64,000 nucleotides of DNA from Monocercomonoides exilis PA203 (lineage: Eukaryota > Protista > Preaxostyla). The position numbers were made by a program, and so were the translations under genes. Below are positions 39,390-53,226 of the stretch, piece after piece. The notes below the pieces were generated by a model. That model was not told where the DNA came from, did not search any database, and saw only the letters and a program-made list of their open reading frames with translations. Within the stretch, counting starts at the first letter, position 1; each line of letters opens with the position of its first letter. The stretch spans positions 2,356,001 to 2,420,000 of the forward strand of contig LSRY02000003.1 in assembly GCA_001643675.2 (NCBI GenBank), given 5' to 3'.

Positions 39390-40560
39390 TTATATGAGAA
39401 CCTGAAAAAATACATCTTTTCCATTAATTTTTGTATTTGGGGCACGAAATGTGAGAGTGTTTGTGGGAGTGAAAGTGGAGACGAGAAGAGAGAGAGAGGC
39501 ATCGCTGAAGGGAGCAACGCATCCGAGAGCATACTCCACCGTGGCACATGGGCTTTGCTGTGTTTTGCCACAGGCATCAGCATCAGTTCCACCATTTGAG
39601 ACTATTTTGTTCTGGTTGATGATCGGAAGCCAGCCATTATACACTGCATTGTCAGCTGTATTGTTATTCCACACTCTTTTTGTTGGGGTTGTTGAGCCAC
39701 AATTCTCGAATGGGGATTGAGTGATGTTGCTTCCGTAAAAGAACACATCATTCCCCCTGCCATTCGTCGCAGTATTTCCATCGAAGAAACAGAATGTGAT
39801 GAATTTCATTCCATTCATCCAAGAGTAAGTTCCATCAAAGTATATTCCGGCTCCGCCCCATTTGGAAGAAGAAGTTAATTTGTTATTGATGAACTGACAC
39901 TCAACGATTGAAAACAGGTTGGGCTTGTTATTCGGAGGCCAATGAAACGTGAGAGAGCCAGTTGAATCGTTGCCAGAATTTGCGATGCACTTGCAGTTTG
40001 TGAACAAGAATTGAGCATTTGATGGCATATCATTGAGCCAGAAATACCAGCCAGTTCCACACCAATATGTTATTGAACAACTTTCCACTATATTTTCTGA
40101 AAATGTCCAAACAGTATTTGTTAGCGGAAACATGATGCAATTCGCTCCTCCATGAGTAGCCGAGCAATATGTGAAATTGGATTTTGACATTCTGATTAGT
40201 AATAAATATTGGCAGAGTAACGCTCCTCCATGACCTTCACCTGAGCAAGAACATTGGTTGAAAGAACACGAAGTGATTGAGAGATTTGCATTTGTACAAG
40301 TAACTGAAAGCGCTCCTCCGTTATTTGACCCACCATTTGAATCATTCCATTCACACCATTCGAAGCAATGACTGTTCACATCAAAGGAATCCAATCTTCC
40401 AGGTTTCGCTCTTTGAGATTCAGTTCCAATATGAACTTCAGCAACATTTGATAAAGATCGAGTTTGGTGGAGGAAAGAGGTGTTGAAGGCAGAGAGAGAA
40501 GTGGAAGGACTGTTGATGTTGGGGAGGATGGCTCCATCGATGGAGTTATGAGAGCATTGG
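39390..40560 (-). pseudogene. Cassette H
   Basis: 334-aa ORF plus conserved 5' block. Middle matches L, tail matches D/E. Confidence 0.75.
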
Positions 40561-42065
40561 AAGAGAGAGAGAAAAAACGTTGCAAAAAGGATGGAGAAAA
40601 GGATATAGAAAAAGAAGAAAAGGAATGCAGGTTAATATCTGCTGCGCTTCGTGAAGTGCACTTTTGCAGCTATTTGTATATTAGACAATGAAATTTTTCA
40701 GAGCTTTTCAATTTCCATTTGTGGAGTTATTTAACCAAATAATTATCGCACCATCTGTGTCTTCTTCAAAATAAACACAAAAATATTTGCGAAACAATCG
40801 TTCAACTCACAAATTCAGTTTTTGATTTTTATCTTTTAAGCTCAATTTGATGATGTTTTGTTGCAATTCCAATGAAATTCAAAAAGATTAGAACCGTTAA
40901 AAATTAATATTTTTTTAATCATTAAAAAATCCAATGTCAAAAGCTTCAATGATGGATATTTTTCAGAGAATTATTTTCATCATATGTTTTTCAGGACAAA
41001 TTTCAGTCTGAATTTGAAAAAAGCCCACCATTTTTGAATAAAATGAGTTTATTTGAATTCAAGAGTTTTATCAAAAATAATCATCATCTCAAACTGCTTC
41101 TCAGCTTTCAAATCAGTCATTTGTGTTCTTTGCAACAAAAAAAGAAAAGTCTGTTGGAAATTTTAAACTGAAAATTACACAAACACTCGTTTTGTTTCAG
41201 AAAATGGAGAATATTTCAAAATCATATTTTTTATCCTTCTTGTGTTCCCATGTCAAAAACATTCAATGAAAGAAAATCTTCATTTCAAGAATGAAGCTGT
41301 ATTTCGCAAGTATCTTGACAACAAAAATCGTCATTTTGTTTCAAATATGATGTTAATTTTTATGAACGAAACATATTTATGCTTATTATTATTGTTTCTA
41401 TCCAAAAAAATCTGAAACTTTCTATTGAAGAATCCACAACTATAAGATTGAAAATCCTCATCGAAGAAAGTGACAAATAAAGATTTTGAAGTTTCTTTGA
41501 AGAGATTTCTAACATATGAAAGTCAATTGATTGTTCATATGTTTCCTATTTATTAATTTAATAACTGGTCCTCTCTCTTTTTCCCTGTTTTTCAATTGTC
41601 TCATTTCTTTCACCAATCAATATTCAATTTTCAAAAATAGAAGAATTTCTTTATTGAAAATTCGAAACATTTCATGATGATGGAATTCAGCAAATTTCAA
41701 GTTGTAATTGAACCTACTGCTTATCCTTCCAAATAAAATAATGTTTTTTTTGATCGAATTCAAAATAAATCAATTTTTTGAAGGTTTCTCAAATTTCATG
41801 AATCTTCACACTGATATCAAATATAAAAATCATGCAGCATTCTTTTGAAAAACATTATAGAAAACGCTTTATATTCAATTTCATGAACAGAATAAAAAAT
41901 GGAAAAAAGTTCACAATTTTTACAGATTAAATATTTTTGTTGTTTCTTTTGTGAAAATCAGAAAACCATCATTTATTGTTAAAATTAGTTTCACTATTTT
42001 CTTTGAATAAAAAAACGTTTTTCGAAAGTTTTATCAATTGGATTGATTAATCTGATATCATTATA

Positions 42066-42463
42066 CAGATATCGCATAAAATACCGGACATCGCACAAAA
42101 TACCGGACAAGATCGATTTCACAACAACCGCAAAAGGAAAAATTCTGACAATTTTCCTAAAGATATACCTCATCAATACAAACTCACGTGACGTATAAGA
42201 CTTTCATTACTTCCTCGTTTATGCTCGGAAAAAAAGCTTTTTTTAAAACTCGGAGAAATAGGATTTTGAATTTCTACGAGTTTTAAAAAAAGCTTTTTTT
42301 CCGAGCATAAACGAGGAAGTAATGAAAGTCTTATACGTCACGTGAGTTTGTATTGATGAGGTATATCTTTAGGAAAATTGTCAGAATTTTTCCTTTTGCG
42401 GTTGTTGTGAAATCGATCTTGTCCGGTATTTTGTGCGATGTCCGGTATTTTGTGCGATATCTG
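42066..42463. mobile_element. 398-bp fold-back element / MITE, TA-flanked with CAG...CTG ends
   Basis: ~195-bp stem with two mismatches seen and a 10-nt loop (42260-42269). Two tandem 19-bp subterminal repeats 'atcgcaYaaaataccggac' at each end. Confidence 0.8.
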
Positions 42464-43209
42464 TATCAAAATTTTCTAGAAAAAATTTTTGATTTGACAT
42501 AAGGGGTAAAATACGGACTTTCAAGCTTTTTTTGCAGAAAGCAAGAAAAAATTGCTTCACTCATAACTTTGTTTCTCTTTCTCAGATTTCGAAACAAATT
42601 TGATTTGCATATCCGTAAGAAGGCAAAGTTGAAATCAAAACGAAAAGTTTTTCAACTTTTCACAAATGTCAAAAAATGGACTCATTTTTATTGTGTTTTT
42701 TGATCAAAAAAGTCAATGAAAAGTGCAAAATTTTTTTATGAAAATGCCTGAAGTGAAACGCTTTGCCCCATACGCAAAGAGTATGTGAAGAAAATTACAC
42801 AAGTTTTTCATTCCACAAATCAAAAGATATCTTTTTTTTGTAAATGATCTTTTTCGAATTTATTTATTTATTTTTTTTTTTTTCGTGGAAACTTTGCAAA
42901 AAAGAAAAAAAAATACTGAAATTTGGATTGTTTTGAAGAAAGTCATCAAACATTTTTTATTTTGGTGATGAGATAAATAGACTGTTTTTGGTATTCAAAT
43001 GGAGCATGCAAAAAACATTAGCATAATCAAAATCTTATTAACTTTTTTTTTAATATTTTTTTTTATTCAAATTCTCATATGAAAAAGAATATTTCATTTT
43101 GAATTCACTCCCTACCAACATTTGAATAATAATTTGCATTTCAGTGGAATCAACAAAAAAATATTTTTCTTTCTATCAAAAATTTTTTTAAAAGATCAGA
43201 AATTTATCC

Positions 43210-44140
43210 GCACCCAAAAAATTAATCGGGACCTGAAATTTTTGGCTCTCCAGAGCACTTTTATTAAAAGCAAAGAATAGAAAAATTTTTAATATATAAT
43301 AACAAGCTATTCCTGAAAATATTTTTTTATTTTTTTGATATTTTGTGAAAAGATCTGGAGTTTTTTGTTTTATTTTTTTAGATCAAAGAATTACTCATAT
43401 TTTAACGAGTTTTTTGTTTTGAGTGTTCTGAGTATTGTTATTGTTAATAAATTTAACTTCTTTATAATTTTGGTTATATTTCGTTGTTTAACACTTCGTT
43501 TTTTTATTATTTTTTGCGTTTCACTTAATTTCGATAAAAATATTCTAAAAGAAAATTTTCGTTGTCTTGTTTTTATAAGTTGAATAATAGTTATAAAACT
43601 GATTGAAATGTGTATCATCAAAATTTTGAAATGAAAGAATGCGATTTGAAGAAAATGAAACAAAAATACACAATTGCAAGAATTTTGTGTAATAATCACG
43701 ATTATTAGGAATTCAAGTTTTTCCTCATATTTGATTCATTTGTGAATTGATAATTTTCATGTTTCTGCTATTTAATTAACGAAAGATCTAATATCTTCAA
43801 ATGTTATCTTCAATTTATCGTAATTTAGTGAAATGAAAAAAGTATTAAAAAAATGAAGAGTTAAACAATGAAAAATAACCAAAATTATAAGGAAGTTATG
43901 TTCAATAACAATAGCAACACTTAAAAATCTCAGAACAAAAAACTCATTGAAATATGTGCAAATCTTTGATCAAAAAATTATAACGAAAAAATTCCAGATC
44001 TTTTCACTAAATTTCAAAAAAAAATATTTTCAGGAATAGCATGCATTAACATTTTGAAGGTTTCCTGTCATTTCAATTTTAACAGAAATGCTCCTATGAG
44101 CTGGAATATTTAGGTCCCGATCAATTATTTGGGTGAATGA
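43210..44140. repeat. Degenerate inverted repeat (arms ~43210-43500 and ~43860-44140)
   Basis: Complementary anchors: 'atcgggacct'/'aggtcccgat', 'tattcctgaaaatat'/'atattttcaggaata', 'ataattttggttat'/'ataaccaaaattat'. Confidence 0.75.
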
Positions 44141-44161
44141 AAATTTCTGTCTTTTTCGGGT

Positions 44162-45403
44162 TATTCTTTTGCTCTGACCTTTTTTAACCCACACTTTATT
44201 TTGTGGAGCTGGCTACGGCTTAATACAAGCTTGTAGCCAACAAAAAATAACTAGAAATGTTTATTTTTCTATATTTAACTTTTACAGAAAATTTTTTTTC
44301 TCACAATTTTTTTTTACTAAGAGATCTCGGTATTTTTTAATTTTATTTTTTGATCATTAAATTGATGGTCTTTCCATGAATATAACATTTTGGAAGTTTT
44401 ATGCAACATCATCATAATACAGAATATTCTTTTTTTTGTGTTTTATTTTATTTTAATTTTTAAATTTTTTTATTTTTATTTTTATTTTTATTTTTATTTT
44501 TATTTTTATTTTTATTTTTATTTTTATTTTTATTTTTATTTTTATTTTTATTTTTATTTTTATTTTTTATTTTTATTTTTATTTTTATTTTTGGCTTTTC
44601 ACATTTCACAAGTTTCTTTTTCACTTGTTTTCTCATTTCATCGACTTTTCGAAAAAATGAAATTTCATGAAGAATGATGAATTTTAATAAAAATTATAAA
44701 GCAGTATCTCATTTTTAACTCAACATATAATTGGACGCTCACATAATTTTTTGTTGAATAAATATGATTGGTTTAAAAATCAAAACTACCGAAATTGATG
44801 TTGCAAATTCAACTATTTAAAATCTAATTTTCTAAACTTTTTGGAACATCTGTGTTATTTCCATTTAAACATATATAAAGGATAATCAATATTATTTTTT
44901 CAAAAATTCATCATTCTTCATGAAATTTCATTTTTTCGAAAAGTCGATGAAATGAGAAAACAAGTGAAAAAGAAACTTGTGAAATGTGAAAAGCCAAAAA
45001 TAAAAATAAAAATAAAAATAAAAAATAAAAATAAAAATAAAAAATAAAAATAAAAATAAAAATAAAAATAAAAATAAAAATAAAAATAAAAATAAAAAAA
45101 TTTAAAAATTAAAATAAAATAAAACACAAAAAAAAGAATATTCTGTATTATGATGATGTTGCATAAAACTTCCAAAATGTTATATTCATGGAAAGACCAT
45201 CAATTTAATGATCAAAAAATAAAATTAAAAAATACCGAGATCTCTTAGTAAAAAAAAATTGTGAGAAAAAAAATTTTCTGTAAAAGTTAAATATAGAAAA
45301 ATAAACATTTCTAGTTATTTTTCGTTAGCTATGAACTTGTATTAAGCCGTAGCCAGCTCCACAAAATAAAGTGTGGGTTAAAAAAGGTCAGAGCAAAAGA
45401 ATA
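44162..45403. repeat. Near-perfect inverted repeat: arms 44162-44685 and 44903-45403, 217-bp spacer, internal (TTTTTA)n
   Basis: Direct reverse-complement match; mirrored ORFs 44390-44677 (+) and 44918-45175 (-). Confidence 0.95.
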
Positions 45404-45878
45404 TCCTTGCAATATTGCTAATTATTGGTTTTTTTGTTATGAAACAGAATTTTGAACCTTAGGCAGATAATGGCTTTGCTTCAAATTGAATATTTTCCAT
45501 GTTCATAAAATAAGAAAAGCGTGTAGGAAAACCTTTGAGGCTTGTTAACTATTACAGAAAAATTGCGATGACTGAAAGAATTGACAAAAAATTCTTCTTT
45601 CCATTGAAATTTTTCTTTCTTTCTTTCACAAAAACAAAAAGAAATTAAAAATATCTTCAATATTTTAATAAACGAAATAATATATGACAGTATTTTTGAG
45701 TTAAAAGAATTCGAACTTTTTCTCCTGTTTTTATTTTTTCATGATGAAAAAGTCAAAAACGTATGTTCGATACTTCAAAAATTTATGTGAAGTGCCAAAT
45801 TTCACTTCAACTCTATGAAGTATTTGTGCACTTTTAAGAAATAGAACAAAAAAATTAATCTAGTTGGTGAAATAAATA

Positions 45879-46136
45879 TGAGTGGTTATTTTTGAAATCA
45901 TAAAGTTTTTTCGGGGAATTGCTTTTTCAAAGATTGTTTGTTATTGGCAAGAGGTTTTGTATTCAAACGCTTTAATTATCACAATAGTTTCAAAAACAAA
46001 TGCATGATCTGAAATAAAAATAAAGAGGTCTTGAATATGCCTGTTCACTTTTCAGTGTTGATTTGATGATGTTCAAATAAAATTTTCGAACCGAAAATTA
46101 TGAAAGAATGAATAAGATTTCAAAAATAATCTCCCA
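45879..46136. mobile_element. MITE family 1 copy
   Basis: TIRs 'tgagtggttatttttgaaatca' and 'gatttcaaaaataatctccca'. Strong internal identity to 61443-61701. Confidence 0.7.
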
Positions 46137-46509
46137 GATAAGTCATCATTTAATGCAAATATATCAAAAGGAAAAAGAAAAAAAATGAAAAAAAAAAAAA
46201 AAAATAACACTTCATTTTATAATGTCTCTTCATATTTATATAAAAAACTCTTTTTATTATATTTGAAACGAGGTTTTTTGCTTCGAAAGTTTTGTTCCAC
46301 TCAACAATTTAAAAATCAAAAATTCATAAAACATATTGCAATTGTTGTTTGCAGCATAAAAACGAAAGATTCATTTTTATTTAAAAAAAGAAAAAGTTTG
46401 GATCATTTTTTATTTTATAAAAAATAAAGCAAAAGGAATGTCAATTAACAAAAATCAAAAGTTAATTTGTATGGGTTAGATCAAAGAAACTTTTTTTGAT
46501 TTCATTTCA

Positions 46510-48011
46510 ATGGGAGGAGAACCAAAACAACGAGTTGGTGATGGACCTTGTGCAATATGTGATGTTTATAAGATAGATTGATATTATTTCCCAAGTTTAT
46601 TTTAACTTTATAAAATACAAAATTGGTATTTTTAGTTACGTCAACTTCAAGTAATTTTGGATGAAATAAAAACCATTCCTTCGCAAAGGTGTAATTCTAT
46701 TCAACAATTATTAGCATTTTATGCAGCAAGTGTGCATGATTAATGTATTTTTGGTAAAAATAATTTTTTTAAAGATCCTTCGAATGCCTCGGAGATGAAC
46801 AAATTAGCCTTTATATCGACAATTGTAAGTACATTAACCGAGGAATCTAGCTCGCTTTATAAAGAGTTAGCAGAAGCGCTCATTTCAATTTTGTCTCTTC
46901 ATGAATTAAACGAGAAAGGCGACTCAATGGGAACTGGAATTGTTCTTGTGAATAGCCTGTTAGCGTTGACTCAATGTTCTCATGAAAATGTATCTTCTTG
47001 TGGAATGATGGCTCTTTCTAATCTCATTTCAACCAATCCAACATACAATCTTATTATTTCACAATCAAGCTTTTTCTATTTATTACCTGATATTTTGCAG
47101 GAGAAGCAATCTTCATCGATTAAATCGAATTCATCTTTTAATTTGTCTTTGACTGCTTCGACTGCAGCAACCCCTCAATCTTCAGCCTCTCCTTCACTTT
47201 CAGATTCAGCACAAAGTTTTCAAAAATCATCTTCTTTTCCACTTTCAAACAAAGCAAGGCTTATGGGATTAGCGTCTGCATTGCTAAAGAGAGGAGTTGT
47301 TATTCCTCGTTGCGTAGAGCTGCTTAGGGCCGCGACTGAGCTTATGGATTCTGAAGACGACGAGTTGGCCGGAAAGGCTGCGGAGCTGGTTGTTTTGCTC
47401 AAAAGGAGAGTTGTCATCGGCCCATCTGGAAGTGAGATGATGATGACACAGGCCAAGCTGGGTGCGACCTCAGTGCGTCCTGAAGGCTCATCACTGGAAG
47501 CAAGTGCCTCCTCAGCCACGCCTGCGCTGCCGACGCTTGCATCCATTGAAAAGGAGCTTCGGATAAAAGATGAGGAGATCAATCGCATGAGGAGGGAAAA
47601 CGAGCGACTTATGGGCGAACTGAAGAAGAAGATGAAAGAGGAAGAAATGCCGGCGCAATCGTCCTCGACGCCTTCCCAGTCGAGTTCGGGCTGTTCGAGC
47701 TGCCCGAGCCCTCCGCCTCTGAATCCGTTCGGAGTGAATGAGCTGCCAGAGGCAGTACTCAACCCAATGTGGGGAATCCCTCCGCATTCGTCAGCCGAGG
47801 CGAGGGGAGACATTGTGACGCTGACGAACGCCAACACGGCGGTGTTTACGGTGGGGCCGGAGATCAGAAGAGGAATATGGCGTCTGGAGATGGAGATGAC
47901 ATCGCAGCACAAGGACGGGGGATACAGATGTGTGTATATGCAAGTGGGGATTATGAGTGAGTGGGAAATGATGTTGAAAAGGAAAGAAATAAAAAATGAA
48001 TTTGAAAGTTA

Positions 48012-48042
<31 letters not shown>

Positions 48043-49081
48043 TTTTTGATAAATAAGAGAAAGAGATGCTTGTTTGATTGGATATTTTTTTAAATCTATT
48101 TTTTTAATCTTTTATTTCTGGATATTTTTTGAGAAATTTAGTGATATTCATTTTTTTCTTATCATTTTTTTAAACTTCATTTTTCATTTATATTCTTTTC
48201 ATTTAACAGTTATTGGAATAACACCTTCGAATCACATTACTCCTGTTGGAAAGTTCTTGACTGATGATATCTGTTTGCGTTTCTATTGATATTTAGTGTA
48301 ATTCGATAATAACATTTATTTTTATTGATAATTCCATGACTGCTGTAAATCATATGGAAAATACTCTTTTTTCAAAAGACACTGCATGTTTCAGTGTATT
48401 TGCGTATGTCAATATGTCTTCATTTTTTCAACTGAGTTTTCTTTATTTCTTCATATTTCATCCACGTTTCTTTTATTCTTTTTATGTTATTTGGGCTTTG
48501 AACATAAAAAATGAAAATATGAATTTTTCATTTATGAACCTTTGAATTATTATTATTATTGTAATATTCAATTTTTATATTCAATTTTTAATAATTTTTT
48601 ATTTATTTTCATTGAAAATTCATTCAAAACTTCATTTTCTCGACCTTCTTCTTCTTCTTCCTCCTCCTCCTCTCCACAACACTTCCATTCCAGAGGGAAA
48701 GTGTGGTGCAACGGAAACCGGACAACAGGCAACCACCCTGCCGAGAACGGGAGGGCGCTGGCCGTCGAGCTGGACATGGACTCTCCTTCGCGCTCGTGCC
48801 ATCTGTTTGTGAACGGGCGCCAGCAGCCCATTTTCATTGGCGACCTGCCAGCCTCTGTGAAATTTATCGTATGAGGAAATTTTTCACTTTTCTTTCTTTT
48901 ATTTTATTATTTATAATCGTTATTATAATTTATCTGCCATTTGTTAATTTTTTTTTTGATTGAAAAGGTTTCTTTGTCGTGTGTCGGTTCAAACTGCCGG
49001 TTCATGTCTCTGAAGCGCTTGCCCGTAAGGCACATAGCAGATCTTCCGAAAGCAAAAGTGTTCAAGTACAAATTGATGTAG
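46510..49081 (+). CDS. Spliced gene: ARM-like N-terminus, coiled coil, C-terminal SPRY/B30.2-like domain
   Basis: ATG at 46510 and plausible GT-AG introns (46564-46635, ~46691-46774, further introns after ~47930, ~48272, ~48395, ~48870). Main exon is ORF 46795-47930. 'AVELDMDSPSRSCHLFVNGRQQP' is SPRY-like. Stop TAG at 49079-49081. Exon boundaries are approximate. Confidence 0.65.
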
Positions 49082-50359
49082 ACATTCACAATGATGCTGT
49101 ATTTGCTAGAACGCTCAGTAATTGTATGAACTGTTGCTTTTTTTTAACAATTGTTTTGTTGTTTAACAACCCTGTTTTCTCTTTCTTTTTTGAATTAATT
49201 GCATTTCTTCAATTTTATATAAATTTAGTGAGATCAAGTTAATTTTGAAGTCTTTGTGATAGTATCATTCATATTGATAAACTCAAATGTTTGATGGTGC
49301 TCTTTTTGATTTCAAAGAAGGCGTTATGATATTTATCTTGAAACGTACATATAAACTAATTCAAAAATTTGAAGCATTTGATTAAATGAAACACTTCGAT
49401 TTTTGATAATATTTATTGTTTTTTTTTTTAATTTTTGAACCTTTTTTTATTTTTATGAAGTGTAATTCGAATGGTTTTATTTTTCAGAATTGTGATTGAA
49501 AACGTGGAGAATAAAACATGAATGACTTCAAACTATTTAATTTTGAAATGGGTTTTTAAACATTAAAATAAAGGAGAATTTTGTTAAAAGTTGTTCATTG
49601 AAATTTCTTATATTCTTATTTATCATTTTTTCAATCAGATTTGTAATTTTCCAAACTTCAATAAAATACTGAAAATGAAGTGAAAAATTCGAAAAAATAA
49701 AGTTTAGAAAAGAATTTACGTGATAACTTTACCCCCCTAAATCATCAAATGATGATCCACAGCAGGATTAGTTTAACCAAGCTCAGAGCTTGAAGTTTCT
49801 TTATTTATTAAAAATTTTCAACCCTCTTCATAAATCATAAAAGTTTTCAATGTGTTTTTTTCCCTTTTCTTCTCAAATCCAAGTTCCAACTCAAATTCCA
49901 TCTTCCTTCTATCACTCTTCCTTTCAACTGAAATCTCTTCCATCTTCTCAATTCCATTTTCTTTTCAATTCTCCCCTCAAAGAATGCTCTTTATTCTCAT
50001 TCACTTTCTTTTTCTTTTTCAAATTTTGATTTGTTATTATTTCCTTCATCAATTTATTTCCTTGTTTCTTTTTCATTTTAATCTTTATCTCTCTTGTGCA
50101 TATTTTCAAATGTGAAGAAATTCAATCAGATGAAGCGAATGAAGATAATGAAGAAGACGAAAATGAAGAGGAAGAAGAAGCTAAGTGATATGATGCATAA
50201 GAAGATGACGAAGAAGATAAATGGATAGAATGAGTTGATTGAAAATTGAGAATTGTGAAGATAAATGAAAACAAACAAAAATGAAGATGTTCGCAAAAGT
50301 TGTTCTTATCTTGTTTTCCATCTTTTAATAAACTTTCTTTTTGTAAATAAAATCCTCCA

Positions 50360-51300
50360 ACTCATCCTTCTCCATCCACTCAATCATCTTCCTCCACGCT
50401 CACAACCCCATCGATAGCGCCATCCTCCCCAACCTCAACAGTCCTTCCACTTCTCTCTCTGCCTTCAACACCTCTTTTCTCCACCAAATACGATCTTCGA
50501 CAAATGCTGCTGTTGAGTATATTGGAACTGAATCTCAAAGAGTGAAACCTGGAAGACTGGATTCCTTTGATGTTAACAGCCACAAATTTGAATGGTGCGA
50601 ATGGAATAATTCAAACAGTGGAAGCAGTCGTGGTGGTGCACTTTATGTTGTTTGCACAAATGCAAATCTCGCAATTACATCTTGTTCATTTTTCAATTGT
50701 TCAAGTGGTGATCATGGTGGAGCGTTATTCGTTCAAACTTTGTCAAATGTTAATATCACAACATCTAATTTTTCAAATTGTTCGGCGTTGCACGCAGGAG
50801 CTGCTTATGTAGGCTGGCCTCAATCAAATTCTGATTGGTCATTCTCGAAAAACAGAGTTGAGAATTGTTCAATAACTGGCTGTTGCGGAACTGGTTGGTA
50901 TTTTGCACTCGAAGGAACTCCAACAAGTGCTCAATTCCTGTTCACAAAATGTAAGTGCATTTCAAATACTGGCGGAGACTCCACTGGTTCTCTAACATTT
51001 AATTATCCTCCAGAAAACAAGCCAAATCAATTTTCAGTCAATGATTGTCAGTTTAGAAACAACGAATTGACTGCTTCTGCAAATTATGGAGGAGCTGGGT
51101 TGTGTTGCACAAACACCTTCACTTGGATGAGTGGAATGAAATTCATCACATTCTGTTTCTTCGATGGAAACACAGCAACTAATGGCAGAGGAAACGATGT
51201 GTTCTTCAATGGCAGCAGCATCACTCAATCTCCGTTTGAAAATTGCGGTTCAACAACTCCAACACTATGAGTGTGGAATAAAAATACAGCTGATAACTCT
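50360..51300 (+). pseudogene. Cassette I (variable domain only)
   Basis: ORF 50542-51270 plus conserved 5' block. TGA replaces the R of 'RVW'; homology ends at 'TADN'. Confidence 0.75.
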
Positions 51301-51987
51301 GAATAAAACATCTGGCTTCCTCATCTTTTCTCTCATAATTCTTCCAATTAAATGCTTTTCCCGCTTTCTTCATTTTTCCAAGCATTTTTGCTTTCTTTAT
51401 TTTCTTCCTTCATCATGCTTCAAATTTTCTATCTTTTTTTTCAAAACTTTTGATTTCTCCTGCATTTCGTCTTTTGTCTCTGCTTGTTGTTTCGCTTCTC
51501 GAACACTTTCCTCTGTTTATTCAATTATTCTTCTTCTCAAATCCAACTTCCAACTCAAACTTTGAATTCAATCTTCTTCTTCCTTTCATTCAAAAAAACC
51601 TCTTCCATTTTCTCAATTTCATTTCCATTTAGCATGCACCCTAAATCAAGAATTTCTTTTCCTATCCTCTTCCAATTTTCATTTGAAATCTTTTCCTTCA
51701 TCAATGTATTTGCTTGTTTCCATTTCTTTTTTCTCTTTATTTCTAATGCTGACACAATTGATGGAGAATTCAAAATGGATGAAGTGGATTTTGAGGAAAC
51801 TGTTGTGCGACATGTTGGAGTTTTGCAAGAACACGACGAAGACGACGAAGACGAAGACGACGAAGACGAAGACGAGGATGATGAATGAATAGTACAAGCT
51901 GATTGATGATCGATATTTGCGGAAATGAATGATAGCAAATTGAACAAAGAGTTTCGCTGAAATCATTTTTTCTTCTTCCATTTTTGT

Positions 51988-53226
51988 TTGTTTTTCTTAC
52001 TAACAAAATCCTCCAATTCAACCATCTTCAAACACATCCACAACCCCATTGATGGTGCCATCCTCCCTAACCTAAACAGCCCATCCACTTCCCTCTCTGC
52101 CTTCAATGCTTCTTTCCTCCACCAAACTCGATCTTTATCAAATGATCTTGTAAGATATAACGGTTCTGAATCTCAAAGAAAGGAATTAAGTCGATTGTCC
52201 TTTACTGATTTGAACAGCTATCTCTTTGAATGGTGTGAATGGAATGATTCAAAAAGTGAATCAAGTCGTGGAGGTGCACTTTGTATCGATTGTGCAAATG
52301 CAAATCTCACAGTCACTTCTTGTTCGTTCAACAATTGTTCGGCAAAAGGACACAATGGTGGAGCATTAGATTGCTTTTATCTGTTAAACGTTAACATCAC
52401 AACATCTAATATCACAGATTGTTCCGCTTTACATGGAGGAGCTGTTGAAATAGCATATCCACAATCCACTTCCGATTGGTCCTTCTCAGAAAACAGAGTG
52501 GAAAATTGTTCAATAACTGATTGGTGTGGAACGGGTTGGTATTTCTGGCTCAATAATATGACTTCAACTTGCCAATTTCTGTTTTCTGAATGCAAATGTA
52601 TTGCAAATTCTGGTGGTGATTCTGCTGGTTCTCTCACATTCAATTCTCCTCCAACCAATAAGCCAAATCAATTTTTAGTTAATGATTGTCAGTTCTTAAA
52701 TAATAAATTGACATCAAATTCAACTTCATGGGGAGGTGCTGCGCTGTGTTGCACAGCAACTTATTCCTGGATGAGCGGAAATAAATTCATCACATTCTGC
52801 TTTTTCAATGGCAACACAGCAACAAATGGCAGAGGGAATGATGTATTCTTTAATGGTAATTCCATAGCTCAATCTCCGTTTGAGAATTGTGGATCAACAA
52901 CCCCATCAAAAAGAGTGTGGAATGCAGGAACTGCAGATAGCGGTGTGTATAATGGCTGGCTTCCTTTTATCACTCAGAATAAAATCGTTGCCAACAATGG
53001 AACTGATGCTGATGCCTGTGGCAGACCCCAACAGACCCCATGTGCCACCATCGAGTATGCCCTCACCGGCTTCATTCCCCTCCTCCAAGACGCCTCTCTC
53101 ACCCTCCTTTCCTCAACATTTGTTCCTCTTCAAACACTCACCTTCGGAGCAGTCGACACAAAAATCACTGGAAATGATAAACTTTATCTGATTCTCATAT
53201 TAATTCTTTCGTTTTCTCATTTTTGA
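51988..53226 (+). pseudogene. Cassette J
   Basis: 412-codon frame from TTG. Tail type as in B. Confidence 0.75.

Noticed and set aside
42070-42110. CRISPR-like repeats
   Set aside because: Only two adjacent 19-bp repeats with no spacer, in a eukaryotic context.
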